Made by a program: the position numbers and the translations under genes. The notes below the pieces were generated by a model. The model saw nothing but the letters and a program-made list of their open reading frames with translations, did no database searches and was not told the origin of the DNA. Source: Auanema rhodensis (taxonomy: Eukaryota > Animalia > Nematoda). From it: DNA of 64,000 bases. Positions 13,452-26,257 of the stretch are shown piece by piece. The stretch is from positions 16,368,001 through 16,432,000 of the forward strand of contig OZ059897.1 of the NCBI GenBank assembly GCA_964057225.1, given 5' to 3'. Each line of letters starts with the position of its first letter. The stretch's first letter is position 1.

Positions 13452-16400
13452 TTGGAAATATTTTTGTTCACCTTTACTAAATTTTGCAACATTAAGAATT
13501 TATGTTTAGTACACCACGATATCTGGATATGAATGTTGTTGAGCTAAAAATCATAAATATGCAAATTGAACTTTTGAATTGCACGTAAATGACATCACGT
13601 CAGTCTGATTTCATTTTTATTTTAAAATGATGTCCATCCCGGTTGATTTTTAATTTTTTAATTTCAAAATTTACATACTTTTCCTTGTAATATGTGTATG
13701 TACATATAAATGTATGTATACATATGTATATGTATGTATCTTTAAAGTATCACAGATCAGCATTCATCGTACTTAGCTTTTTTTTTTCTGAAAAGAAAAA
13801 AAAAGATTTTCAGGTGAAGACCAAAACGAAATTCAATTTCTGGGTCTTCTGGGTCAGTTGTGTCTCGATAATCTTGTAGTCCCTTTTATATCTTTTTTTT
13901 CTCTCTGTAATTTTTTGATATATCTGTGATATTCGAAAATAAAAAAGAAAATTGCTCAATGTTAATCTGATATAATAGAACAATTCTATTAGAATCGTTA
14001 CAGGTCCGATGTTGTCACTGTCAGTGCCGAGAAGTTCAAGATCACTAAGTCCCGCCCCGACTAGGGTGTCTACTTCCATCAAATCGTCAGCTTCTTCGAG
14101 CCTGAGTACTGTTGATTCCACACGATCATCATCGTCTGATACCCGAGGTATATATAAATATATTTTTTTGTCTTTTCTTATTTAGAATCGAAAAATAATT
14201 AATAGAAAGAATAGATTATTTCATTCTTACGATTATCAAATATTCATTAACATAGTGTTTTTAAAAAAATATATTGTTCAGGTATATAAAACAATACTTT
14301 CATTTTCCCAATTTTTACTAAACGAAAATTGAAAATTTTAAAATTCATATGAATTAAATGTTATAACTAATACTCAAATAACTTTTTTTTCATATTGAAT
14401 ATAAATTAAGTGTTTAAACTTTAAACTTACTATTATAATCAGCATTTACTTTATAGTTGTATCTTTGATATGACTTTTGTTGAAATGCTAAAAACAATTG
14501 ATCAAAGCCAAAACTAAGAAATTATCAAACCAAAGAGGAATGTTCGCCAAATGACACAAAAATAGACAATTCATGTTTTTGGCACAGCAGAAGCTTTTGC
14601 GAAAATAACCTACTGAAGCTATTATTTTTAGGAATAATCTAACTTCTCTAGTCAACCGTATCAAGTTTCAAAATAAAATTATTTCTTAGAAGGAAATCAT
14701 ATTACTTTTCTTTATTCCCGCTAATATAAGGTAGGAATGATGGAATGTTAATTAATTCTGAAGACAAAATGGAAATATGATTTTCAATCTTATAACATCT
14801 AAGTATAGCTCAAACGAAATATTCGGCCTTTTCCCAAGACTTTTTTTGTGAATTAAATTTTTAACTAATCAGTTGATAATCAATATTAGAAGAATTATTG
14901 TAGGAGTTAAAGATTTGAATTGAAATCGCCTTTAAAGATTTCCGGACAAAAAGAGATGTCGTCGAATATATCTTTCACATACGTCATTTACCACATACAT
15001 CAACAATATCGGAATTAATTGTATTGCTTTGAAGTGAAAATTACAAGTAATACATCATATTTCCATTAAATATTTTCATCTCTTCTTCATTTAAATTTAA
15101 GAATCATCTTTGTTTACTTGTTTATAATACTATGATGTCATTGTATTTGATAATACTAAGAAAAGACCAGCTGGTTTTTCAATTGAACGAAAATATCATA
15201 TATTATAAGAATTCCTGAGATCAACAAGTGTACAGCTCAAATTCAAAGTAAACTATATATGTGGATGATTCTTTTTAATTTTTTACATTTGTTTAACATT
15301 ATATTTAAAATATTCCAATCCCGTTATTAGCAAATTTTCGCGATTTTCAATAATATGATAGATCAAAGCAATTAGCAAAGATTTGATATAAAACCTGTGA
15401 TTTTGCTTTCAGTATGCTATATCTTTCATCTTCCCTCTAACATAGACAACATTAACTTTTGGCTGTTTTTTTTTGTTAAATAACGAACATAGTAGTTGTC
15501 GTTTATCAACTTCCTGAGAAGTTTTGAGTCTCTGTTTTCAAGAGGATTTTTCTGCCATAACTCAATGTAAAAAAGTCTTTTGTCCTGACACGAATATTTT
15601 GTTATATTAAAGACATATAAGGATTCTGCTCAAACAACTTTTTTTATTTTTATGATTTTAAGAGGAACAATACTTTCAAAAGTCGTTTTACACATCTATA
15701 ATCTAACTAATAGTAAAACATGTCAATTAAGTCTTTGAACTTTTTTTTTTGACAGTCCTTAAATTCGCATATGTATGTATGTCCTAAAGCATAGAAATCT
15801 TTTTCTTTTTTTTGCTAAAAGTAAGAATAAATAGATGAATATGATGAGATATTATGATTTTCTGCAAATACCCATAATGAGGTTTTTCATTTTCTTGCCT
15901 GCTTAACTCATCTATTCATTTCGTTGTCAAAAGCATGAGTTAAGACTTGAGCCAAGTAAAATAACAATTGGAAATCTTGCTAATGTTTCGATGTCCTTTA
16001 CTAATCGTTACACGTCAATTTTGTGCTTTTCGGGACATGTATGCACTCTGTCTATGTATGTTTCAGTGTTTATCTTATATACTATTCCATTCCAAGTCAT
16101 GTTAAATAGATGATGATGTTGATAGTATTGTTCCTTCAGAATCATGGAACATTTTTTTCTCTTTCAAGTTAAGTAGATTCTTTCTCTTCTTTTTGGTCTT
16201 ATTTTCGCTCAATACTTCATAGAGTCATCCATACATTTGAATATAAGTATCTATGTATGTCATTCGCTATAAACGACGTATAAACTTCTTTAGCTTTTCA
16301 AAACTTTTCTTCAGAAAGATATAACAAGAAAATAAAGATTATTTTTGGAAACAGCATGAGATAGGCATACGAGTGACAGCAAATAAGAAAGAAGCATGAC

Positions 16401-17920
16401 CGGTGCACGATCATTAGTCAACTCTGAAGAGATATTTTGTCATTTTATACTTATACACATGCTTTGACATGCCTTTTCTGTTAATTTGCCTTTTTCTTCT
16501 ATGTTGGAACTCTTTGAGCATTTTAAAAGTCAATCGTTTTTGATTCTTCCTGCTATTTTTTGTATATCATGTCATCTTAAAGATTTCTACGCGTCCAAAA
16601 CAACTACAAATATATATATATATATAATATATATAATTTTCATATAATTCTGCAAAAAACTGTGGTGTACATCTGTTTTACTGTTCAATCGTATTTTAAT
16701 TTATTTTAGAAATGCGCGAGCGTGGATCTTCAATATCACTTTCTCCTCGTTCTATGATCTTGATCTGCCCTCAACTTACGCCTTCGCAGGTGACATTTTC
16801 AAATATTACATATACATATGTTTGACAATTTAATTTACAAACGTTTTGGTTCTTTTACTTTATTAGTAAAAAATATAATTGAATTTCAGATTGCGGTTAT
16901 ACGGAAATCCTGGAGACATATCAACACCAAGGGCCTTATATGTGTTTTATCTCGATGCTTTCAGAGAGTACGTTCACTGATCATTCAAAACTGTTTTGAC
17001 TTAATAGAAGAAAAATTCAAGTTATAAAATAATTGGGATGCAAAAAAAAAATTTGAAAAAATAAAGAAATATTGAATATAATTTTTTTTATTTATTCAAG
17101 ACGAATAGTATATTAATTTTCAATAATAGCATATTTTATAGCTCGAATCATCGTGCCCAGTTGCAAGCAAATGCTTTTTATCAGCTAATTATTCTCTATC
17201 AACAACTGCAAATGCTGTTCGTACAGTATCAGATCATTCAAGATTCTTATTAAATTTATTAGATCGCATAATAGATGGAGAATATGTAAGTTATTTTTAT
17301 AAAAAAATATATAATTTGATTTATTCATTTATTAATTAATCATTTAAATATTTTAATCGTATTATCGTTTAAAGGAATATGATAAAGTAAGAGATATTGG
17401 TGCTCGACATGTTGGACTTCATCATGAGTTTGGATTTTCTATGGCTGAATTAGATCGTTTCCAAGAAATTTTTGTTGAAGTTATGCTTAAACAAGATGGA
17501 ATTAAACAAAGTAAAGAAACAAGGTATTTTAAATGTTCTAAATAAATTTTATATAATTATTTATAATTATATGTTATAATATTATAATAATATATTTAAA
17601 TTTCAGTCGTGCTTGGAGAATACTGATTTGTGCTTTAATTGATCTATTTCGTGATGGTTTTGAACATCAGATGAGGCATTTTCGTCGAAAACATTCATTT
17701 AATGCTCACACACAATACTTTGAAAATATTGAAAGGTATTTACTAAATTATTGTATATATGTATGTAAATATATTTTAAAATAGAATTACATACGTATAA
17801 TCATATTTGTAAATGACTGATCAAACAGTTTTTTTTTTCAGAAGAGCATCCTTATGTCCTGCTCGTAAAGCATCACTGAACGTTGAAACCCCTCCGTATG
17901 GTCGAAAGCTGTCGGATTAA
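8269..17920 (+). CDS. Nematode globin (glb family) with Ser-rich N-terminal extension
   Basis: Core exons 16710-17920 give QLTPSQIAVIRKSWRHI (A helix), VSDHSRFLLNLLDRII (E helix His), VRDIGARHVGL (proximal F8 His) and AWRILICALIDLFRDGF (H helix). Phase-compatible upstream exons: 14004-14147 (PMLSLSVPRSSRSLSP...DTR) and 8269-8317 (MVSKQRLSLRTPREAK). The 5'-most exon is less certain. Confidence 0.85.
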
Positions 17921-18371
17921 AGTCATATCGTCATATTCCAATATTTTTTTCAGTGATACTTCTATAATATTAAATAAAATTGTAACGACATAAGTAAATA
18001 TTTAATATTATTATATGTATTTATATTTTAAGTTATATAATATATTACCAAATTATTGATCTTAATTGTAGTAATTTAGATTAAATTATTTTAATTTTAT
18101 GATCTCTGCTTGTGATATCAGCTTCAAGTTATTAAATGCTTAATTTTTTGAATCAATATTTAATTATATTATAACATTTATTTAATATAATTATAATTTA
18201 ATACAAACTATTATGTTCAATAAGAAAAGTAAAAGTTATTATTAAAGCTTTTTGTATTATTATAACATTTAATTATAGAATATGTGAATAGAATATTTAC
18301 AACAAGTATATGAATCATTAAAATTAAAGGAAATATCACATAAAATAAAAATTATAATAAAAAATTATATT

Positions 18372-18402
<31 letters not shown>

Positions 18403-18626
18403 TCCTTTTTTTATATAAATCATACTATATACATATATAATATGATTTCTATATATTTCAATCCAAATGTTATCCTTCTACCCTGTGTTAGCTTAGCATA
18501 TATTATTTATTTGAGACATTATATGCTGGAATATACTATATAACCTTATTCAATTTCTTAATATTATTATAATTATTTATATTTAATCTATGTGTAAAAC
18601 CACATAGTTAAGTTTCATTAAACCTT

Positions 18627-20611
18627 ATGTCCGAAGGTCCTATAACATTACGTGCTGTTGGATATCAAAACGATGATTACTTCGTCCGTTTTCATGATTA
18701 CTGTTGGGATCTCAAGTGTCCGAAACCTGGCTCATCAGTAAGTGTTTCTATTTCTTTATTCTTTAAAAATTTTAAATATTTATAATTTAGGTTGATCTTC
18801 TTTTATTAACTTCGGAGGTTATGAATGCAACATTAGAATTAATTCGAAAAGATGCAGATGTGGATGTTACATTAGAAATGGTAATCTTTATAAAAATTAT
18901 ATTTTAGAAATTATTTATAATCATAAAAACAAATATAATTTATATTTATATAGATTGCTAATGGCACTGCGGATATAAGCTTAGAAGATTTAAGAATTAC
19001 AACAGCTAGAATGAATATAGTTGACTTTTCAGCACCAACGAATTTTATGCATTTTGGATATTTATTGAAAGAAATTCCCGAAATTCAAGTTGAAGACTAT
19101 ATTTTAGCTTCTTTTGATGTAGATGTAAGCAATTTTGTAATTTTATTCAAATTCTATAAAATTTATGAGATTATAGTAAAATTTGTTTACATATTAGGTT
19201 GTTTTATTACTAATTGTGTTTGGTATCTCAGTGGGTTTATTAGCTTATTTCACTACTCGTCTCATATTACATCAACGGAATACAATGTTTCAATGGGTTT
19301 TTGAAAGTTGCATAAGTAAGTACAATTATATTTTAAATAGTTTTTATTAAAATATTTTTCTTTATGAGTTAAGGTCTTCTTCGACAATTTCAATTTTATA
19401 CTCATGGGCCATTATCAACATTTATTTTAATTACATTTTGGATGTTTTCTTGTATGATTGTTACAACATTTTATGAAGCAAAGTTGAAAAGTTTCTTAAC
19501 GTTGTCACATGCGCGTGGAACAATCTTCACAGATATGGATGGAGTTTTAGACGCTGTAGAGAAAAAAGTTGAAATTTAAATGTTTCAACCTTAAGGTAAA
19601 TTTGAACATTTATAGGATTGGACTATGGTTATTCAAGAACGTGGTTATAATCCAAAAGAATATGCGAATCCTGCACAGTTAAAACGATTGCAAAAGCTAC
19701 CTAATCATAAGTAAATTAAATTTTTATAAGCAAATTAATAAAAAAAATAAATATTTTGAAGAGTTATACGAATTGGAGAAAATGATGATTATTTAAGTTA
19801 TTTGACAAAGGAAAGACATGTTGGATTTGGAGCTTATTCTGCTGATATGAATAGGTTTTATTAAATATTATATATAATATAATATATTAATTTTATTTTA
19901 ATTATAGATATCCAATTGTTAATATTATAACAAAGAAAAAAATAATTTTTGTTCGTGATGAACTTATTGCTCCAGAATATTTAGGTTATGCTATAAGAAA
20001 GTATGTATATTCAAAATAAATACAAAATTAGTTTATAAAAAACTAATTTTTTTATATTTATTTTATAGAAATTCACCACGATTACGTGAACAGTTAAATA
20101 GAGCTTTAACTCAAACAACACAAGGGTGAGAAATATATTTTAATCTTTAATGTAATTTATCTATCTATATGTAAATATATATAACTATTTAGTTTTAATT
20201 ATTCTTTTATAGTTATAATAATTTACGAGGACGGTATTTCGCACCTTATTTGGAATATACAAGTTCACGTTATCAACCAACTAGAAACTTAACTTTAACT
20301 CATTTTAAAGTATTATTTAAATCATGGCTTATATTTACAACTATTTCTTTATTTGCATTAATTGGTGGTAAGTAAAAAATTGCTTAGTTTTAATTTTAAA
20401 ATAAATATCTTTAGAACATGTTTATATACGTTTTGGTCCAACATGTATTCATTTTTTACATAATCGTATTGGACTATTTCGATATAAACTATGCATAACG
20501 GAAAAAGAAAAAAATCGTTTTCATCGAAAACATTTGATTATTTTGCCAATCAAACGAACTGCGAGTCCAGTGAATGAAGTTTATGGACGTTTTCATATCA
20601 TTGACAGGTAA
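18627..20611 (+). CDS. Divergent ionotropic glutamate receptor / IR-like channel lacking an amino-terminal domain (~11 exons)
   Basis: S1 lobe IANGTADISLEDLRITTARMNIVDFSAP, M1 VVLLLIVFGISVGLLAYF, pore-like segment QWVFESCISLLRQ, TM with TTFYEAKLKSFLT (SYTANLAAFLT-like), S2 YLGYAIRKNSPRLREQLNRAL, final TM FKVLFKSWLIFTTISLFALIGE. The true 5' end is uncertain because no signal peptide follows ATG 18627. Confidence 0.8.
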
Positions 20612-21106
20612 TAAAGCAAACAATCAATCTACATTTAAACTGTTGATTTAATCTTTAAAAAATAAAGTTTACTATTAATATTAATAATAAAAAAATATAT
20701 AATACAATACAAAATAAAAGTGGAACGTTTGTCATATATAGTTATCAAGTAAGAAACTAAAGACGATGATATTACCAATTTGTTACGAGATTTTTGTCAG
20801 TCAGAGAGAGTTATAGACTAATAGTTAACTATATTAAAATATTTATAAAATATACAATAATTCTTCTTTATAGTTAACAAAATAGTTTAACAACTTAATA
20901 CACACACACACGCACACAAACAGGCAGACAAGAATATACATTTGTTCAAGAAGGATGAACTAATTTCCTTCTGTAGTATATTCATTATCTTTTACCCCTT
21001 TTGGTGATATAATGCCCAATATTTACAAAAATTTCAGCCTAAAGCTCTATTTCTCAATTTTTGCCTTAAAATGGCGAAAATCCTTTGTTGTATGAAAAGA
21101 AAAAAT

Positions 21107-23210
21107 CTACAATCGCTTGTGTTCAATAGCATATTCACCCATTGCTATTAATCCAGCTAACATTTCTTCACCTAAAAAGTAATAAGAAGATAGAAAAAAT
21201 AATTTTTAATTAATTACCGGATGGCTTTATGTATTTGGCAGGTAAGTTGAAGGCATAACTATCATCTGAATCTAAAGGACGTAACTCGATTCCATATATA
21301 TAAGGAACTCCTTTATGCTGCATATAGTCAATACTAGTACCAGAAGCAGGATCTAAATAAATTTATAAAAATCTTATTTGAATATTTGACGAAAAACTCT
21401 TATTAAAATCTAAAACTAACACATCAGTTCAGAGATTGTTCCAAATTTATATTGAACTCCAGTTGCATTACGCATAGCTTCAACAGCAGCTTTCGCAGCA
21501 GCTCTCTGGAAACTTTTTTTATTAAGCTATATAGAATAATAAATTTATATATTCAAATATAAAATAGTATTTCATATATGATATACTGATTGAACAAAGA
21601 ATATTTTCGTTTTCTTTCATTATTAGAGCACTTTCATAAAACTTAATATCAACCTGATCTTGATAATTGTTTGTTCTTTCTGATGTGTAACCCCATGGTG
21701 CCAATAGTAGTTGACCATATGAGTGCAAACTTGTGTAGATTACGAGTTGAGGAATTTTCCAATTTAAAAAATCTCGAAGGCCTAAAAAAATAATGAAATT
21801 CAAACCATTTTTTTCAGAACTAATGTTTACCTCTAATTTCTGGTTCAGAGAATGGACTACTTCCAGCATAAATATTTGAGCATGGCTGTCTATTAGCACC
21901 AGCTTCTCCCCATCTACAAAAAAAAAGGAAATTACAATAATAACATTAAAAGGTTACCTAAAGCCCCAGTTACGATTAGCATCAGCTCCTACACACCAAC
22001 GATTAACGGTTACATTTCTTGATCTCGTTTTACGCCAAAGTCGATCCTTCAAACATTTTTTTATTTTTTTTAAAATTTTCATTAATAATTCAAATGATGG
22101 TTAATTAGCATTTCAGAAAAAAAACTTACGGTTGATCTTGAATATTCATATCCATCAGGGTTAACCTCAGGCACAATAAACCAATCATATTTATCAATTG
22201 ATCTTGTTATTTTAGAATCGCTTCCATATTTGTCAACAAGCTGAAGAATCAAAAAACATGAATCTTTAAAAATCATTGTGAACTTACAGCCTTAATCATA
22301 TAAAGAGCTGCAGCGGGTGCTATCCATTCACGAGCATGTATACCAGCATCAACAAAGATAGCAGGCTTAACTCCAGGAGATGATGAAATCTAAAATAGTT
22401 ATATTGGATGTATTTTACTATTTTCTAAATAAGTCTACCTTAACACCATAGATAATACGCCCTTCAGATGATCTTGATACATTCATTAAAGTAACAAAAT
22501 TTGGTTTTTCTTCAGCTAAACGTTTCATGAAATTAACCATCTAGAAATATTATATGTTTAATTATTATTTTAATTTTTAAATAATTAATATAAACCTCAT
22601 CATATGAATGAAAATCTTCAATATCAAAATCATTATAATTATGGATAGCACGCTTTCGTCGACGAGAAGATTCTTTTAAAGCTCTTCGCTCTCGAATAAT
22701 ATCACTGAAAACGTCATTTATATATCTTCGAACATAGAACTACTTACTTTTGAATGTCATTCCTTAAAATTTCAACATTTTCAACTCCTCTATTCCTCAA
22801 ATTTTTAACGAATTCTTCGTATATTTCAGGAGCTAGAAGAACATCAGCGGCTCCATTTTGCTTTGATGGTTCACCCCAAACATCTACCAACACTTTTCGC
22901 TTGCCGTGAGCCTTGATAAGTAAATAATAGAGACAAGAAATGAATAATTTTAGAAAAAATTATCAATTTAAAGAAAAAATTGTAATGAAAACTGAACCTT
23001 ATCTATAAAGTAGCCAACTTCTTCTTCTAGCTCTAACCATTTTGCAACTTCTTCATCAGCATCAAATCTAACAAGTCGATATCTAAAATATTTTATTTTA
23101 AAAATTATATGAAATAATTTTACTAACCCTGCATAGTCAGTATAACATGATGATTGATGAATAATTAGTAGTATTAAGCTTAAGAAGCTGGTAACAAGTA
23201 AAGGTCTCAT
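21107..23210 (-). CDS. Secreted M14 zinc carboxypeptidase, CPA-like, with prodomain
   Basis: Signal peptide [17 protein letters not shown]; prodomain ending RRRKR. Motifs DAGIHAREW (HxxE zinc ligands), [32 protein letters not shown] (Ile at the S1' position, as in CPA) and GIELRP (catalytic Glu). Confidence 0.95.
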
Positions 23211-24011
23211 AACCCTGGATGAATGAAATGTAAAATAAAAAAGAGAACAATAACAAGAGCAACAAAAGAAAAAAAATAAACACTTGAAAAGTTCTAGAAG
23301 GAAATACTGTAATAGAAGTTTGACAATGAGGGAGAACTGATAACCATTAACAAGATTCGTTTTAATTTCGAAATAAAAATATTCATGTTTGAATGGAATG
23401 TTTATTTTAATAAAAGAATGAAATAGCCTGGCAAAATAACAAATCCAAACAGAAGAAAAAAAACATAAATGTAAGGAAAACCTCAAAGCTGATCTTCGAC
23501 CAATGTTTATGTTAATGGGTATGAAAGGTGGAAACAAAACGTTGATCTTCTTCGTCATCTTATTCTCTTTGATAACAGTAACTATAATAATATAATATAA
23601 GCAGATGAAGTGCAAATAAACATTTGACAGAATATGAAGTTGGTTCCTAGGAATATGGTTAAGAAGAGCATCTACTATATATGTCTATAGATAAACGCTT
23701 AACTATGTCAAAGAAACAATGTAAGATAGTAAGAAGAAAAGAGAGAATTTGAAGAAGATGTATTGATGAGAGGGAAGAGATATACTTTGCACATATATAG
23801 AGGGCTTGAATAAACTTTCTTCACAATTATAAGAACGTGTACCGATGTTCTGGCTTTCTAATGAATGGCCTCCAGCATGACCTTATGATGAAACTGGAGA
23901 AGATCATTCAATACACATCTCGCATCTCATTTTCTCTTTTTCTATATTTTTGCCTTTCTCTCTATTTCTATGGCTCTCTTTCTCTCTTTCCTTAATAACT
24001 TTATCGTGATA

Positions 24012-24020
24012 ACTGATAAG
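24012..24020. promoter_or_regulatory. Extended GATA site ACTGATAAG upstream of the carboxypeptidase
   Basis: Matches the ELT-2-type intestinal GATA consensus. Neighbouring TTATC/TGATAA sites lie at ~24001-24012 and ACTGATAA at ~23336. Consistent with a gut protease, but a motif match only. Confidence 0.4.
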
Positions 24021-26257
24021 CTATTGGTTTTCAGACAAACAAAGTGCATTTCAAATGGAAACGGGAACACATTGACCTTACCTGTTCCAAGCTGATGTTC
24101 TTTAGTGAATTAGTTGAGACAGTCCAATAGATTACAATCATTATTAATGGACAGAACTTAAAAAATGGAACCAATAAAAACAGGGCAACACTTCAGATAA
24201 ATCCCGGAAACTAATGTTCAAAGCAAAAAAAGAGGAGGAGTTGCTTGCAGAAGAGTTCTGCTTCATCAGCGAATTTTCCTTTCTTTACCGCCTCTCATAA
24301 TGTTTCTTCTAAATTTCTACTCTTTCTCTCTTTATGTTGTCACTTATTCTTCCTATATTCAATCTTTTTCTTTTTTTTCTCTTCACTTTCTCCAAAGTCT
24401 GATGACGTCTATGTACAGATACACACAAACTTTTTGCGTGTAAACGAAAAACCGGTGTCAGTGCCATTTAATCTGTTCTTGGACGTTTGCACTTGAAAAA
24501 GCTGAAAAACAGGTGTTAAGATTGGTGAAATAGTCAAAGAACGATCACAACGAAATTTTAAAGAAATGGGTAACCGTCATCATAATTATAGTTTTTTATA
24601 CCAAGACATTGACAGATAAACAAGAAAGTCCGAAAATAGGATATAATGGTGGTGATTGACCAGCTGGAATGGAACTTGAATTCAAAGATATACTATAATC
24701 TTAATTTTTCTTTTCTTTCTAGTATGTAGAACCGAGTATTAAACTAAGTAAATTGAACAAACGATTACATTGATTTGAATCATTAAAGAAACAATAAAAA
24801 GATAAAATATATATTTTATAAAACTTAAACAGTACATAATTTTTATAAATATATTGATATATATCATATTACAAAGATGAAACAAACTAATTGAAATGAA
24901 TGTTAGCATGGTAAATAATCATGTCAAAGTTTAAGTTTCCAGACCAATTCAGCTTATAAACTATGAAGAAAATTGTTTATTTTCAATGTCAACATGAAAT
25001 TCTCATTAGATTTCTTTCTCTTCTTCTGTCTATCGTGTATGTTTCACTTTTTCCTAATGAAAACATCAACGATATGACAATTACAAGACGTATATCATGA
25101 GAACAATAGAGAAAAGACAATACAATTGAAACCTCTGTTCGAAAAAACCAAATGAATTCATTTGAATCATATTTCTTTTAGTTTATTTGTTTGTTTTTCT
25201 TTTTTATAATATGATAGTATTATATCTTATATAAACTTTAATATGAAATATTTGAGTTTTAAAGAAGAATAAATATTTCGAGATCTTCATATCTCAATTC
25301 TGAGAATATAATGAACTAAAATTATTATTTGATTGATAGTTTAAGGAATATTAGTTTCTGCAGTATTATTTTTGAATAGTTTTCCAGAAATATTGATAAT
25401 TATCAGAGAAAAAAAAGAAAAAAAAGAGATTTTTATGAACTAAAATATCCTTCAACTCAGAAAAATAATATCAAGCTTTTGTTAAAGGACAAAAATTGCA
25501 ACAGAAACGAAGAAAGAATTGAAATACATCTAGTCTCCTTTTAGGGTTTTTCTACTGTTCGTTTTTCTTGACCATAAATGGAAAGGAGCTTGTGTTGAAA
25601 CTTCGCACCGAGTCTATTCAATCTATTCTCGATTCTCTGACAGAAGAATCAGAATCGCTTGTATTGAAAAAACGGCTTTTTCTTTCCAGGCTTCTTTAAA
25701 GTTTTCGATCTGTGTATATACCATTAGGAAGCACGGGCACCGAGAATAGGTCAATTGGACAGATATACAGTCAAAGCGTAGGCGTTTGAATTTGATATTT
25801 TCATACTTTAAAGTTTTTTCAGGTTGAAGGCTAGAAATGCTTCATGTTTATCAAGCTTGCCACATTCCACATTCACTTTTCTTCTTCACTTTTTCTATTC
25901 CTTCCAAGCTCTGTTTATACCCAAGAATCGTCTATTTATTCGTTAAAGCTAGTTTTGTCTCGCCATAGTCATTGGCTATTGAAAAAAAAACACGAGAGAA
26001 AGACAAAAAAAAGATCTCCATCTGATTTTTTCTTTGATGAACATAAAACATTTTGTTTCGTGATTTTCTCTGAGCTCAGATTGTGATGAATTGTAAAAAA
26101 TAAAAATCTAAAACTGTCGATCTTGTAAAATAAAATTTTATTAAGTTTACCCGATATTTATTTTTAATTCAAGCAGTAAAACATTTCTTGAATTTTATAT
26201 ATTGTTTTGAACAATAAAAGAAAACTTGGAAATATAAAACGTTAAGTACTAAACTTA

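Noticed and set aside
13810-14121. 103-aa minus-strand ORF
   Set aside because: Antisense shadow of the globin Ser-rich exon 14004-14147.
22968-23615. 215-aa ORF, the longest in the track
   Set aside because: Only the segment from MRPLLV (23210) is the carboxypeptidase. The rest is promoter and intron read-through.
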